From: Spirochaetia bacterium
GTDB taxonomy: Bacteria > Spirochaetota > Spirochaetia > UBA9216
Assembly (NCBI GenBank): GCA_963675665.1
Contig: OY776510.1
Location: 4,512,001 to 4,576,000 of the forward strand
Direction: 5' to 3'
Length of the DNA stretch: 64,000 nucleotides
Part shown: piece after piece, positions 1-9,575 of the stretch
Layout of the letters: each line of letters starts with the position of its first letter
Position numbering within the stretch: position 1 is the stretch's first letter
Notes under the pieces: model-generated
Told to the model about the DNA's origin: nothing
Seen by the model: the letters and a program-made list of their open reading frames with translations, nothing else
Database searches by the model: none
Position numbers and translations under genes: made by a program

Positions 1-885
1 TTCATTCTTTTGTTCTTCAATAATTTTTCTTCTAATATTTTCCTCTGTTAAATTCGGTAGTTCTTCAATCCATTTCCTTATATCTTTAATTTCTTCATCA
101 TCTTTAATTATTTTCAAAATATATTCATACTCATTATCATGAATTGCTGTTGGTATTATATTCATTTCATCACCATATCCAGCACCAAAAATTGGGATCT
201 TTTTAATTGTTCCAAATTTTTTTATTAAGTAATCACTACCGTATCTGATTGTCAAAGTTGGATATCTTAATAGATGTAGAATTTCAATAAATCTGATGAT
301 CCTTTTAAATATATCTATCCATCTTTTAAATTCAATTTCTTCTAAATTATCAACTAAGACTTTTCTATGAGAAATAAGATTAGAATATGACTTGCCTTTT
401 GTATGTACATAATCAGATAGATCAATGTTTTTAATGTCATTAATTAGATCAAATTTTTCATTAAACTCTTTAATATATTCATTTTGTAATATTATCTTCC
501 AAAAATCTTTCCCTTTAAATGGTGTATTCTTCTTTGATTTTAACCATTCTTTAAAATCATTATTCTCAAATCCTTTATTAGTCCAATATATTGACATTAA
601 TCCAATATCTAATGATGTTCGTAAACTTATCATAGATTGTTTATAGAACCCTAATTTCATCAATTCATATGATACTTCCAATTCTTCATAACATTCATTT
701 AGAGAAAAATCTTCATCAGAAAAAAAGTCTGCAACATCCCTTTTGGGGATATTTTGACTTATTAAAAAAACAGACGACAGATATCCTTCAATCTTATTTT
801 TTAAGTTTTTTTCTTTCTCGATATTTTTAATAATCTCGTAATGTTTCTCATACTGTTCAAAAGTCTTTAATATTACTCTAATCAT
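1..885 (-). CDS. Integron cassette 9 protein, HEPN-like/DUF5677-like hypothetical, truncated by the window edge (>295 aa)
   Basis: ATG at 885 preceded by AAGGA. Read by hand as open to position 1 (MIRVILKTFEQYEKHY...SLRTSLDIG...DLSDYVHTKG...). Absent from the ORF track because no stop lies in the window. Helical, with an LSDYVH motif reminiscent of HEPN-like proteins. Confidence 0.7.
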   Translation of the reverse strand, partial: MIRVILKTFEQYEKHYEIIKNIEKEKNLKNKIEGYLSSVFLISQNIPKRDVADFFSDEDFSLNECYEELEVSYELMKLGFYKQSMISLRTSLDIGLMSIYWTNKGFENNDFKEWLKSKKNTPFKGKDFWKIILQNEYIKEFNEKFDLINDIKNIDLSDYVHTKGKSYSNLISHRKVLVDNLEEIEFKRWIDIFKRIIRFIEILHLLRYPTLTIRYGSDYLIKKFGTIKKIPIFGAGYGDEMNIIPTAIHDNEYEYILKIIKDDEEIKDIRKWIEELPNLTEENIRRKIIEEQKNE

Positions 886-935
886 ACAAATTCCTTAACA
901 ATATTTCATCACTACTGCTTTTAATCTATGCATAC

Positions 936-1078
936 ACATAACGACAATTTTAGCTGCCTGGCGGCGCGAGTCTTTCGAGCGCATTGGCGCGGTTTTAGAG
1001 CGCAGGCACGATCAGTGCCGTAGCGTCTCCGCTAAAACCGTGACAATAGCCAGGACTGCTACAAATTTCATGTTTTGT
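936..1078 (-). repeat. attC site, subtype A (belongs to the ORF-less cassette at position 8)
   Basis: On +, ACATAAC...GTTTTGT core boxes; paired arms aattt-tagctg-cctggc / gccagg-a-ctgcta-c-aaatt; 143 bp. Confidence 0.9.
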
Positions 1079-1560
1079 GTAACGACCCCATACCCACTAC
1101 TTTCTTTTATCTTAACAGTATCCTTTTTCTTACTTTGCCCATTCTTTACCCAGCGTTCTCGCTGGGTTCATCCCAATTAATCATACAACGATTTAACCTT
1201 TGCAGGTATTTTTATTTTTACACTATAACTTCTTCTCTGTTTCTTAGCATTTTACTTCTTCATTTCCGTCATATTCATTTTAAACATTTGGCCGCTAAAA
1301 TTTTATGCAGGTTAGCTGTGATTTTTTTGAGAAGCTTAAAATAGAACATAGATATAAATACGTTTCACGTCGGAGGTTATGGGAAACTATCGAAAACAGG
1401 ATGATTAACTCCATAAACTTCTTTATTTAACCTGCAAATTATTATTTTATCAAAGAACTGAATCAAATATTTTCTTTTTAATATATTTTTCACTTATGTG
1501 TCATTCTAAACGGGAACCGTATAAAATCTTTATTTTAGCCCAATTCTCGTTTACACAAAA
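942..1560 (-). mobile_element. ORF-less integron cassette A, copy at position 8
   Basis: Cassette start (G)TTTTGTGT is complementary to its own R'' ACACAAAAC. Near-identical to 1561-2180 and 12205-12823. Confidence 0.88.
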
Positions 1561-1697
1561 CGACAATTTTAGCTGCCTGGCGGCGCGAGTCTTTCGAGCG
1601 TATTGGCGCGGGTTTAGAGCGTAGGCACGATCAGTGCCGTAGCGTCTCCGCTAAAACCGTGACAATAGCCAGGACTGCTACAAATTTCATGTTTTGT
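1555..1697 (-). repeat. attC site, subtype A
   Basis: ACAAAAC...GTTTTGT; nearly identical to 936-1078. Confidence 0.9.
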
Positions 1698-2180
1698 GTA
1701 ACGACCCCATATCCAATACTTTCTTTTATCTTTATATTATTCCTTATCTTTTTTTCACTCTTCTTTACCCAGCGTTCTCGCTGGGTTCATCCCAATTAAT
1801 CATACAACGATTTCATCTTTGCAGGTATTTTTATTTCTTACACCATAACTACTGTTCTGTTTCTTAGCATTTTACTTTTTCATTTCCGTCATTTTCATTT
1901 TCAACATTTGGCCGCTAAAATTTTACGCAGGTTAGCTGTGATTTTTTTGAGAAGCTTAAAATAGAACATAGATACGAATACGTTTCACGTCGGAGGTTAT
2001 GGGAAACTATCGAAAACAGGATGATTGACTCCATAAACTTCTTTATTCAACCTGCAAATTATTATTTTATCAAAGAACTGAATCAAATATTTTCTTTTTA
2101 ATATGTTTTTCATTTATGTGTCATTCTAAACGGGAACCGTATAAAATCTTTATTTTAGCCCAATTCTCGTTTACACAAAA
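1561..2180 (-). mobile_element. ORF-less integron cassette A, copy at position 7
   Basis: Tandem, slightly diverged copy of 942-1560. Confidence 0.88.
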
Positions 2181-2310
2181 CGACGATTTGAGTAGCAAAA
2201 TTGTTCGGCGTCTTCGCCGAATTGGCGCGATTCTGGAACGAGCGATCAGCGAGTGTCTTTAGCCAGAATCGTGACAATAAATTTTGACTACTCCAAATCT
2301 CTTGTTATGT
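2175..2310 (-). repeat. attC site, subtype B
   Basis: ACAAAAC...GTTATGT; arms gattt-gagtag-caaaatt / aattttg-a-ctactc-c-aaatc; lies 4 bp beyond the stop of the YaaC-like gene. Confidence 0.9.
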
Positions 2311-2314
2311 ATAA

Positions 2315-3340
2315 TTATTTCCATCTATTTATTCCTGGTGGTAACACGGAATAATAATCATCAGTTAATGAATTTAATAAATAATTAGGGAATGAGCGGC
2401 TACCATAAGACAATGATTTTTTAAGTATAGCAGAATAATCTTCTTCATTTATCAAATTCATCCATTCTTTTGGGTAATATCTAACCATATTGCTTGTAGC
2501 ATAATAAATCAGATATTTAATCTCGTATTGTAAAAATTGATATCTTATGTTTTCTATTAATAGGGGAGAAGTAATAAATGATTCGTTTTTATACGATTTT
2601 TCATAAATAAAATCTGGTATATCTTTATATTCATCAAAAATAGCTTCTACGGTATATCCTTTTTCAAAAACATATTGTTTTTCACATAGTTTAAATTCAC
2701 TTAGACCTAAATTCTTATATCTTTGTTTATCTTTTTCAAAATTCTCTTTAACACCAGCCAATTGCAATTTTACTACATATTTATCATTTTCTTTTTTATA
2801 TCTAAAATCGTGTAAAGGATATGATTTATCATAAAACTGACATTGATCAAATACGTCTATATCCATTATCAATAAGTCATCCAAATCTATTACTTTCCCA
2901 ATTATATTTTCTATTGGTGTTTGTCTATTTTTACAAGATAATAATTCTATAAATGTACCTTTATTTTGTATCTTTATTAGCATTTTCATATCTTTAACGC
3001 TGCGAGTATTTTCAAGAGAGAATTTTAAACCATGACTTTTTAATAAGGTATTTGTCTTCTTTCCTAATTTCTTCATAATTAATATTTTTGAGAGTAGAGA
3101 AAATGAATAAAAATGCAATAATGGAGATGTTAAATATGAAGCATCCATTCCAGATCTAAAAAATTCATTACTTTGCTTATAAAATGTTTGTATTTTATTC
3201 ACATCATTTTTTGAATACTGTATTTTGCTCCCATTATTAAAGTATCGCTCAGTTACATTCAATCGCAGCAAATCCCAGATCTCATCTGATGGATTCTCAC
3301 TGACAATTAGATTTTTTCTTATTGAATTTTGTTTCAGCAC
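2315..3340 (-). CDS. YaaC-like protein (cassette 6)
   Basis: 341 aa; motifs PLLHFY, SHGL, GTF and SNMVRYYPKEW typical of the YaaC family; GTG start after GGAGAG. Confidence 0.7.
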   Translation of the reverse strand: MLKQNSIRKNLIVSENPSDEIWDLLRLNVTERYFNNGSKIQYSKNDVNKIQTFYKQSNEFFRSGMDASYLTSPLLHFYSFSLLSKILIMKKLGKKTNTLLKSHGLKFSLENTRSVKDMKMLIKIQNKGTFIELLSCKNRQTPIENIIGKVIDLDDLLIMDIDVFDQCQFYDKSYPLHDFRYKKENDKYVVKLQLAGVKENFEKDKQRYKNLGLSEFKLCEKQYVFEKGYTVEAIFDEYKDIPDFIYEKSYKNESFITSPLLIENIRYQFLQYEIKYLIYYATSNMVRYYPKEWMNLINEEDYSAILKKSLSYGSRSFPNYLLNSLTDDYYSVLPPGINRWK

Positions 3341-3487
3341 TTAAATCTCTCTCCATTCTTTTTACAATAATATCTTAATAATTCCTCTTGTATAATCCGA
3401 GCTGTTCATACTGATCATTGTGTACAATTTTTTAATAGCCACATATACAGAATTTCGTAACCGTAAAAACAACCGCACCCTGAAAAA

Positions 3488-4999
3488 TCAGTTAAGATAA
3501 ATATTCCAGGGAAGAAGCTCCTGCCAATCTTCACTGGACTTCATCAACGGAGCTTCGGTAAATACTTTTCTCAGATAAACATAAGGGTTGAGATCGTTTT
3601 GCTTTGCTGTTTCAACAAGTGAATAAATCCCGCAAGAACTCTCAGCACCTTTTGGGCTGCCGGCAAACAACCAGTTTTTCCTGCCCAACACAAACGGCCT
3701 GATAGCATTTTCACAGGCATTATTATCCGGAGTCAAATAAGGTGATTCAAGATAATTTACAAGTTTGCTCCATTGCCCAATTGTATATGATATCGCTTTT
3801 CCGAGTTCAGTCGAAGGAACAACATTATGCTGCCTTTTCTCAAGCCAGGAACTGAACTTGGCCAATAGCGGTTCTGCCTTCTTTTTTCTTTCTGCAAGAA
3901 ACTCGGGTTCACTTAAGTTTTTAGCTCTGAGTTCATTCTCTATCAAATACAGTTTCTGAATATATTTCAGCCCTTCAGCAGCACTGCCAGGTTTCTTGGA
4001 TACTCTTGATGCATCAAAGAATTTCCGTCTTGCATGAGCAAAACAACCGGCATGAATTATATCTGGATAATCTTTCAACGCTGTAACATATGCTTCATAA
4101 CCGTCAGTCTGAAGATAGCCGCTGAATCCGTCCAGAAAACTGCGAATATTCTTAGAACCCCTCGTTTCATGATATTCATATAGAATTGCAACTTGCCCCG
4201 GAGGCCCCCCTCGGGCAAGCCACATATAGGAGTTTCGAGTAGCAGGCCTATCCGGTTCATTGTGAACCTGTATTCTCGTTTCATCCATCTGCATAACCGA
4301 ACCGGTTTTCAGATGTTCTTTCATCAGTTCAAGCAGGATTATAAGAGCTTCATATGCCTGTCTTTGCCAGTTGCTCATATCCTGTCGGCTTATGCTGATC
4401 CCTATTCGCTCAAATCTCTTTTCCTGCCGGTAGAAAGGCAAATGATCTACATATTTATTTACAAGCAAAAATGCAAGGAGCTCGGGTGTTACTATGCTTT
4501 TGGGAAAGATTGTGGGAGCAGTCGGGGCTATCCGCACCGCAGGTTTATCTTCATCTCCGCTGCCTTCACAAGTCTTACAGGCATATTTGGGTCTGATGGT
4601 TCTTTCTACCCACATCTGTTCCGGTACAACTTTTATTCGTTCGGATATTTCTTCGCCTATTCTAACCAGTTCTGCTCCGCAAGCGCATTTCTTCTCTTCT
4701 TCGGGTATATCAATAAGGATTTCTTCACGGGGAAGATTCTCGTTTATCTTCTTTCGACCAGGTTTCTTTTTGGTATAGGATTCTACCTTCTGAGTTTCAG
4801 ATTCTTCTTCGGGAGCAATATCCGGTTCACTATCAAAAAGTAATATCTGAGCGGCTGTGTCTTTCTCGCTGGAACGATTATATTTCTTGAACAATTCAAG
4901 CTTGAAACGCTCTTCCAGCGCCTGGTATTTCGTTGCCCATTTTCGTTCAATATCTTTGATGTATTGCTGTACTTCTTCAGGAAGCTTTTCAACATCCAT
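3488..4999 (-). CDS. tnpC: IS66 transposase TnpC
   Basis: Zn finger CACG..CKTC; HLPFYRQ, MDET, QTDGY, CFAHARRKF and DNNACENAIR..GRKNWLF motifs. Confidence 0.96.
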   Translation of the reverse strand: MDVEKLPEEVQQYIKDIERKWATKYQALEERFKLELFKKYNRSSEKDTAAQILLFDSEPDIAPEEESETQKVESYTKKKPGRKKINENLPREEILIDIPEEEKKCACGAELVRIGEEISERIKVVPEQMWVERTIRPKYACKTCEGSGDEDKPAVRIAPTAPTIFPKSIVTPELLAFLLVNKYVDHLPFYRQEKRFERIGISISRQDMSNWQRQAYEALIILLELMKEHLKTGSVMQMDETRIQVHNEPDRPATRNSYMWLARGGPPGQVAILYEYHETRGSKNIRSFLDGFSGYLQTDGYEAYVTALKDYPDIIHAGCFAHARRKFFDASRVSKKPGSAAEGLKYIQKLYLIENELRAKNLSEPEFLAERKKKAEPLLAKFSSWLEKRQHNVVPSTELGKAISYTIGQWSKLVNYLESPYLTPDNNACENAIRPFVLGRKNWLFAGSPKGAESSCGIYSLVETAKQNDLNPYVYLRKVFTEAPLMKSSEDWQELLPWNIYLN

Positions 5000-5043
5000 A
5001 TCTTAAGTCTAGCATTTTTTGATCCGAGGGTAAATTCCTTATA

Positions 5044-5391
5044 CTATGTTATTTCAGAATATTTTAATTCTGTATGAGCATTCCAGAAATCTATACCCTT
5101 TAGAAGCATGTCAAGCTCAGTCTGCTTCAGCTCTATTGCATCCTGATTATTTTTCGGCCATGGAAAGCGATGTTTTTCAAGTTTCTTCTGCCATAAACAA
5201 AACCCGTTTTTATCCCAATAGAGAGCTTTCAAATTCCGTCTCTCTTTATTGCAAAATAAAAATAGATTGCCTGATAGTGGATCTGATTCAAGCTCATCAG
5301 CTACTATCATAGATAAGCCATTTATTGCTTTTCTCATATCGGTACTGCCTGGTTTTATGAATATCTTTATCTTGGAGAAATCAGGAAACAC
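5044..5391 (-). CDS. tnpB: IS66 accessory protein TnpB
   Basis: TDMRKAINGL, LFLFCN, LYWDKNGF and KKLE motifs; GTG start at 5391 is likelier than 5427. Confidence 0.93.
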   Translation of the reverse strand: MFPDFSKIKIFIKPGSTDMRKAINGLSMIVADELESDPLSGNLFLFCNKERRNLKALYWDKNGFCLWQKKLEKHRFPWPKNNQDAIELKQTELDMLLKGIDFWNAHTELKYSEIT

Positions 5392-5695
5392 TTTTCGTTT
5401 CCACCAGGTCCATCGCTGCCATTGCATCTTCTCTGCTGAATCCAGGCTGCAGGATTATTTTCCAACCACCGTGTTCGAGGATTATATTTTTCTTCACAGC
5501 AGGTATTTCAAGCATTGGCAATTTTACGAAACCCGGTTTTTGTGTTCTCTGTTTCTGCCGTTCTTGTTTGGTCCAGTTATAAAACGTGGTTGGCCGTATA
5601 TCATTCTCACGGCAGAACTGACCTCCGGACATCCCGGACTCACGCCATTCTGTGAGATAGTCTGCTCGCTCTTTAGCGGTATATTGCTTGTTCAT
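5381..5695 (-). CDS. tnpA: IS66 accessory protein TnpA
   Basis: WRESGMSGGQFCREN..TFYNW HTH motif; first ORF of the IS, with a GGAGG RBS. Confidence 0.9.
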   Translation of the reverse strand: MNKQYTAKERADYLTEWRESGMSGGQFCRENDIRPTTFYNWTKQERQKQRTQKPGFVKLPMLEIPAVKKNIILEHGGWKIILQPGFSREDAMAAMDLVETKSVS

Positions 5696-6004
5696 TATTT
5701 CCTCCAGCTTCCCGGAGTTTAATAGATTTCAGAGTTCAACATAAGGTGCGGTTGTTTTGACGGTTACAGAATTTCTCGTATTTCTATCATTTTAAGACTG
5801 TTTTCGGCCCTTGGGAACTATATTTTATAAATAATTCTATCATGCTCAACTTGATATAGACAATTGTTTCGTAATTCCTATAATTCTTTTAGGAGTATCA
5901 TCTTAATCTGGATATCATCTTTTCTCTTTTTCTTAATAAATCACAGCTGTACACTATTCTATTAGAAATTTGTTGATCAAGTTACAAGCTGTTACTCTAT
6001 TTAT

Positions 6005-6140
6005 ACATAACGACGATTTGAGTAGCAAAATTGTTCGGCGTCTTCGCCGAATTGGCGCGATTCTGGAGTGAGCGATCAGCGAATGTCTTTAGCCAGAATC
6101 GTGACAATAAATTTTGACTACTCCAAATCTCTTGTTAAAT
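6005..6140 (-). repeat. attC site, subtype B
   Basis: ACATAAC...GTTAAAT; almost identical to 2175-2310. Confidence 0.9.
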
Positions 6141-6211
6141 GCCGTTTCTTACCAGACCGAACGACGGAGTCGAGGTCTGGTATTAATATAAATTACAATA
6201 TAATCTAATAT

Positions 6212-8452
6212 TCATGATCTGCTAAAAAGATCATGTATATCAGAAATATAGTTCACTCCTTTATAGTCACCATCATCGTCAGGTCTATAATTATCTAAGA
6301 AACTATCAACCATCCCATCGATGTCTATTTCCGATTCAATTAACTCTTTTAAATCTATATCAATTTCTCCTATTTCGGTATTTGATACTAGAAATAACGA
6401 TTCATCTAATTTCTCTTCAAAATAATTTACTATCCCAGTGTAATCAACATTTAAATCTTCACGAAAATCGATATAATTTCCTATCTCAATTTCATTTTCT
6501 AAATCACTTATTTCATATGATAAGTATTCACCAATAATTTCTTTCCTAAAATCAATAAAATCTTGATCATATTGATCTAATTTTAAATAGATTTCTGTGA
6601 TAAGATTTATTTCCTTATATGAAATGCTTTCACCACTACTAATAATCTCAATTAATTTATTTGTTGTGAGATTGTTTAAATTTATAAAAATCTCATTAAT
6701 AAGAAAAAGAAGCTTTGATATTTCAGAGATACCAGCACAATCAGCTAAAACTGCATCTATCATATTTGACACAGCTTCCGTATCATTATTTATTTCATAA
6801 TAAATAAAACATAAATATATTGTATAATTACTTTCAAAATCAGTATTATAATTCCCAAATACATTTTCTATGATTGTGCAATATTGTTCATATTTAATAA
6901 GTTCACTTTTGTAAATTGAGTATATTTGTTCTAATGATTTTATAGTATTTAATGATTGCATAATTAATATAATTTCATCAATTTCACCTACATAATTTCT
7001 AAGAATATAATCTGATATAGATGGATTAAACACTGTATAATCAATTATTCCAGCACTCATATTTTTAACAATCATAGATTTTGTAGACAATTTTATTATC
7101 GTATCAAATCTATAATCTATTGTTTTTGATTCTTCGATCTTTTTTAGACTACAATATTCTTTATATGCTTTTTTTAAATCTTCTTCTCCAATTTTACCAC
7201 CATTAAATACTACCAAGAATACAACACTTCTTATATAAATATTGCTTTGCACATCAAGATATTTCTCCCAAATATCTGCAGGATTATTCAATCTATCAAT
7301 AATTGAAATCCAATAATTTACAAGATCAGTATCGATCCTATCAATATCAGTAATAAACTCAATTAACCTAGGATTATAATTCCTATGTAAAATTACTTTC
7401 ATATAATTCGAATCTTTATAAAATTCATCAATGTAATCATCACCTAAATTACTAAACCAAATATGATTATATAAAATTCGGGCTTTATCCATTATAGATA
7501 AATCATTCATAGTCATTAAGAATTCATTCTTGTTTAATTTTTTGTCATTAAATACTGGACTAACATGTAAACCTTTATTTATTATGTTTGTTCTTGAAGT
7601 TAAAATAAAGATTTTATTCTTGGCCCTATTAATTCTTTCAATAAAATTCATTATATGCGTATCTTTTCTATTTTCTATTGCTTCAAAATAATTACTACCT
7701 AGAAAATCATCGAAATAAAATATTTGTTTGGAATCTTTATCAAATAAATCCTCCCCTTCTTTAACACCTTCTTCAATTGCTATAAACTCGTAATCATGTG
7801 CTAAATAATGCAAGCATAAATTATTTGCTAAGGTTGTCTTACCAATTCCTGGTTCTCCAGAAATTATTATCACCTTATTTCTTTTTAAATGTTCTAATGC
7901 ACGATAATGATTTTCAGTATAAACATATTTATTAGAATTTAACTTAATATTTTCAATAATAAACTCGCTACGACCTTTAATTGCATTTTTAAGAATTCTT
8001 GATAATACTGTTGAGCTATTAATCCATAATTTATAGTGCTTTTCTTCGATTTGTTTATATTCACTTAAGAAATCATTAAGATCCTCACAACCCCAAATAT
8101 CTGATTCAATTTTTATATAAGGAGCAAAAATTGACTTTATTTTAGTTTTATTCGCTCTTGATAAGGGTACAGATGTTACAAATATATATTTAGCTGGTTT
8201 TAGTTTCTTAACTTTTAAAGCCTCTTTGTGTTCTAAATCATATAATAATTTTTTTAATCCGGATTGATAATAGTGTTTACATTGTAAGATTTCTTCTTTC
8301 CTATCAATGTTAAAATATCGTCCATCAACCCCTGCATCTTTGCCTGGTTTAAAACGTTCTATTCGCTTGTTTGTAACTTTAGTAACTAAATCACAAACAA
8401 GATATTCAAATTCTTTATCGTTTAAACTGCTAAAGGTATAATCCATATCCAA
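6212..8452 (-). CDS. Restriction-endonuclease (Mrr-like) fused to nSTAND3 P-loop NTPase, probable anti-phage protein (cassette 5)
   Basis: N-terminal FE..V.DL..GKDAGVDG..QCKHY (PD-D/ExK-like); Walker A GEPGIGKT; Walker B FYFDDFLG; ILTSR and YNPRLIEF; acidic C-terminus. Confidence 0.82.
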   Translation of the reverse strand: MDMDYTFSSLNDKEFEYLVCDLVTKVTNKRIERFKPGKDAGVDGRYFNIDRKEEILQCKHYYQSGLKKLLYDLEHKEALKVKKLKPAKYIFVTSVPLSRANKTKIKSIFAPYIKIESDIWGCEDLNDFLSEYKQIEEKHYKLWINSSTVLSRILKNAIKGRSEFIIENIKLNSNKYVYTENHYRALEHLKRNKVIIISGEPGIGKTTLANNLCLHYLAHDYEFIAIEEGVKEGEDLFDKDSKQIFYFDDFLGSNYFEAIENRKDTHIMNFIERINRAKNKIFILTSRTNIINKGLHVSPVFNDKKLNKNEFLMTMNDLSIMDKARILYNHIWFSNLGDDYIDEFYKDSNYMKVILHRNYNPRLIEFITDIDRIDTDLVNYWISIIDRLNNPADIWEKYLDVQSNIYIRSVVFLVVFNGGKIGEEDLKKAYKEYCSLKKIEESKTIDYRFDTIIKLSTKSMIVKNMSAGIIDYTVFNPSISDYILRNYVGEIDEIILIMQSLNTIKSLEQIYSIYKSELIKYEQYCTIIENVFGNYNTDFESNYTIYLCFIYYEINNDTEAVSNMIDAVLADCAGISEISKLLFLINEIFINLNNLTTNKLIEIISSGESISYKEINLITEIYLKLDQYDQDFIDFRKEIIGEYLSYEISDLENEIEIGNYIDFREDLNVDYTGIVNYFEEKLDESLFLVSNTEIGEIDIDLKELIESEIDIDGMVDSFLDNYRPDDDGDYKGVNYISDIHDLFSRS

Positions 8453-8575
8453 TTAAATTCCTATTTATAATAATACATTCTTAGCCCGTCGGCCGGAGGT
8501 CCGGGCTATTTCTTACTAATTTTACACCCAGCAACAGAAATATCCTAACATTTTTATTATTCTCCCATTTCGTGC

Positions 8576-8714
8576 ATTTAACGACGATTTGAGTAGCGAA
8601 ACCGGCCGAGTCTTCGAGGATTGGCGCAGTTCTGGAACGCAGCGCGATCAGCGCGGAGTGTCTTTAGCCAGAACTGTGACAAAGGTTTTGACTACTCCAA
8701 ATCTCTTGTTATAC
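8576..8714 (-). repeat. attC site, subtype B
   Basis: ATTTAAC...GTTATAC with the same arm architecture. Confidence 0.9.
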
Positions 8715-8721
8715 GGATTTT

Positions 8722-9012
8722 CTATACTTTTTCTAATAATTTCCCAGATACATATTTATGCAATATCATTGATACTAGGGTTTGGTATGGTAAACCTTCC
8801 TCCATTGCTTTTATCTTTAAATTCTTTAAATCTCTTTCTGATATTCTTATATTCATTCTTTTATCTTTTTTCATTGTAGCTTCAGCATATTTTTTTGCCT
8901 GGAGCTTGTATTCTTCATTTTCTTCTATCTCTTCCCATTCACCATTTTCAAGTGAAATTATTAAATCGCGTTCTTCTTCATCTATCGGAGTAAATATTTT
9001 TTTCTCTTTCAT
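8722..9012 (-). CDS. CopG/RHH-type antitoxin (BrnA-like), cassette 4
   Basis: KDKRMNIRIS..DL..LK..A.EEGLPYQTL motif; overlaps the toxin stop (ATGA). Confidence 0.85.
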   Translation of the reverse strand: MKEKKIFTPIDEEERDLIISLENGEWEEIEENEEYKLQAKKYAEATMKKDKRMNIRISERDLKNLKIKAMEEGLPYQTLVSMILHKYVSGKLLEKV

Positions 9013-9296
9013 TCCTTTCCTCCATTCTTCAATAATTTCTTAGTATATTCCCTACTCGGGTATATTGTTTTTAGAAATATCTCTTTATCTTCTTTATTTT
9101 CAACAAAAGGCACCACATAAATATAATCATTATAGTTAATTAGATAAATTTTTTGATTTCCATATTTTTCTTCATTTGGATTTTTTAATACCTTTACAAC
9201 CCTTCCTTCAGAAATACACAATATAATTTCTTCAAATGATATATTGCGTTGTTCCTTCAGAATTTCATTCTTTTCATCATTCCAATTATAGGTCAT
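9009..9296 (-). CDS. BrnT-like toxin, cassette 4
   Basis: YNWNDEKNEILKEQRNISFEEI...FLKTIYPSR; ATG at 9296 preferred over TTG at 9332. Confidence 0.85.
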   Translation of the reverse strand: MTYNWNDEKNEILKEQRNISFEEIILCISEGRVVKVLKNPNEEKYGNQKIYLINYNDYIYVVPFVENKEDKEIFLKTIYPSREYTKKLLKNGGKE

Positions 9297-9302
9297 GATA
9301 TA

Positions 9303-9332
9303 AAGATAATCCCCCAGTGTGCCTTTTGTCAA
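9303..9332 (-). promoter_or_regulatory. Sigma70-like promoter of the TA cassette (probably leaderless)
   Basis: TTGACA-N18-TATCTT, then 6 nt to the ATG; no SD. Confidence 0.6.
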
Positions 9333-9433
9333 TACACTATATTTCTTAAATTTTTACGAAGTCTCGATTTAACCACGATTGAACCCCAAAACCGTGAATC
9401 CTATCAATATTATTTTATCTAATTCTTAATTCC

Positions 9434-9567
9434 GTATAACGACGAAATCAGTAGCGAAACCGGCCGAGGTCTTCCGAGGATTGGCGCGGTTCTGGAATGA
9501 GCGATCAGCGAATGTCTCCGCCAGAACCGTGTCAAAGGTTTTGACTACTGCATTTCTTTTGTTATGT
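9434..9567 (-). repeat. attC site, subtype B
   Basis: GTATAAC...GTTATGT; covarying arms gaaat-cagtag / ctactg-c-atttc. Confidence 0.9.
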
Positions 9568-9575
9568 AGAGACTT

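Larger units (their letters stand above)
3457..5767 (-). mobile_element. Complete IS66-family element inserted in the leader of cassette 6
   Basis: Terminal IRs GTAACCGTAAAAACAACCGCACC / GGTGCGGTTGTTTTGACGGTTAC (22/23 match); 8-bp target duplication AGAATTTC at 3449-3456 and 5768-5775; tnpA-tnpB-tnpC order. Confidence 0.97.

Noticed and set aside
1075-1344. Plus-strand ORFs 1075-1344 and 12263-12484
   Set aside because: They start inside attC, the frame is not preserved among copies, and the composition is low-complexity F/L/I.
1372-1408. GGAGG-tt-ATG 9-aa peptide MGNYRKQDD with a TAA/TGA stop swap between copies
   Set aside because: SD spacing of 2 nt is too short and the region is better explained as a hairpin; it cannot be fully excluded without ribosome profiling.
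1295-1414. 39-aa minus-strand ORF (MELIILFSIV...) in the ORF-less cassette
   Set aside because: Open in all copies only because they are near-identical; every difference I saw is non-synonymous (L/S, S/P, I/V) and there is no good SD.
1340-1440. Hammerhead ribozyme or c-di-GMP-I riboswitch in the ORF-less cassette
   Set aside because: GAAAC and GGAAACTATCGAAA words occur, but the CUGANGA core and the GEMM P2/P3 elements are absent.
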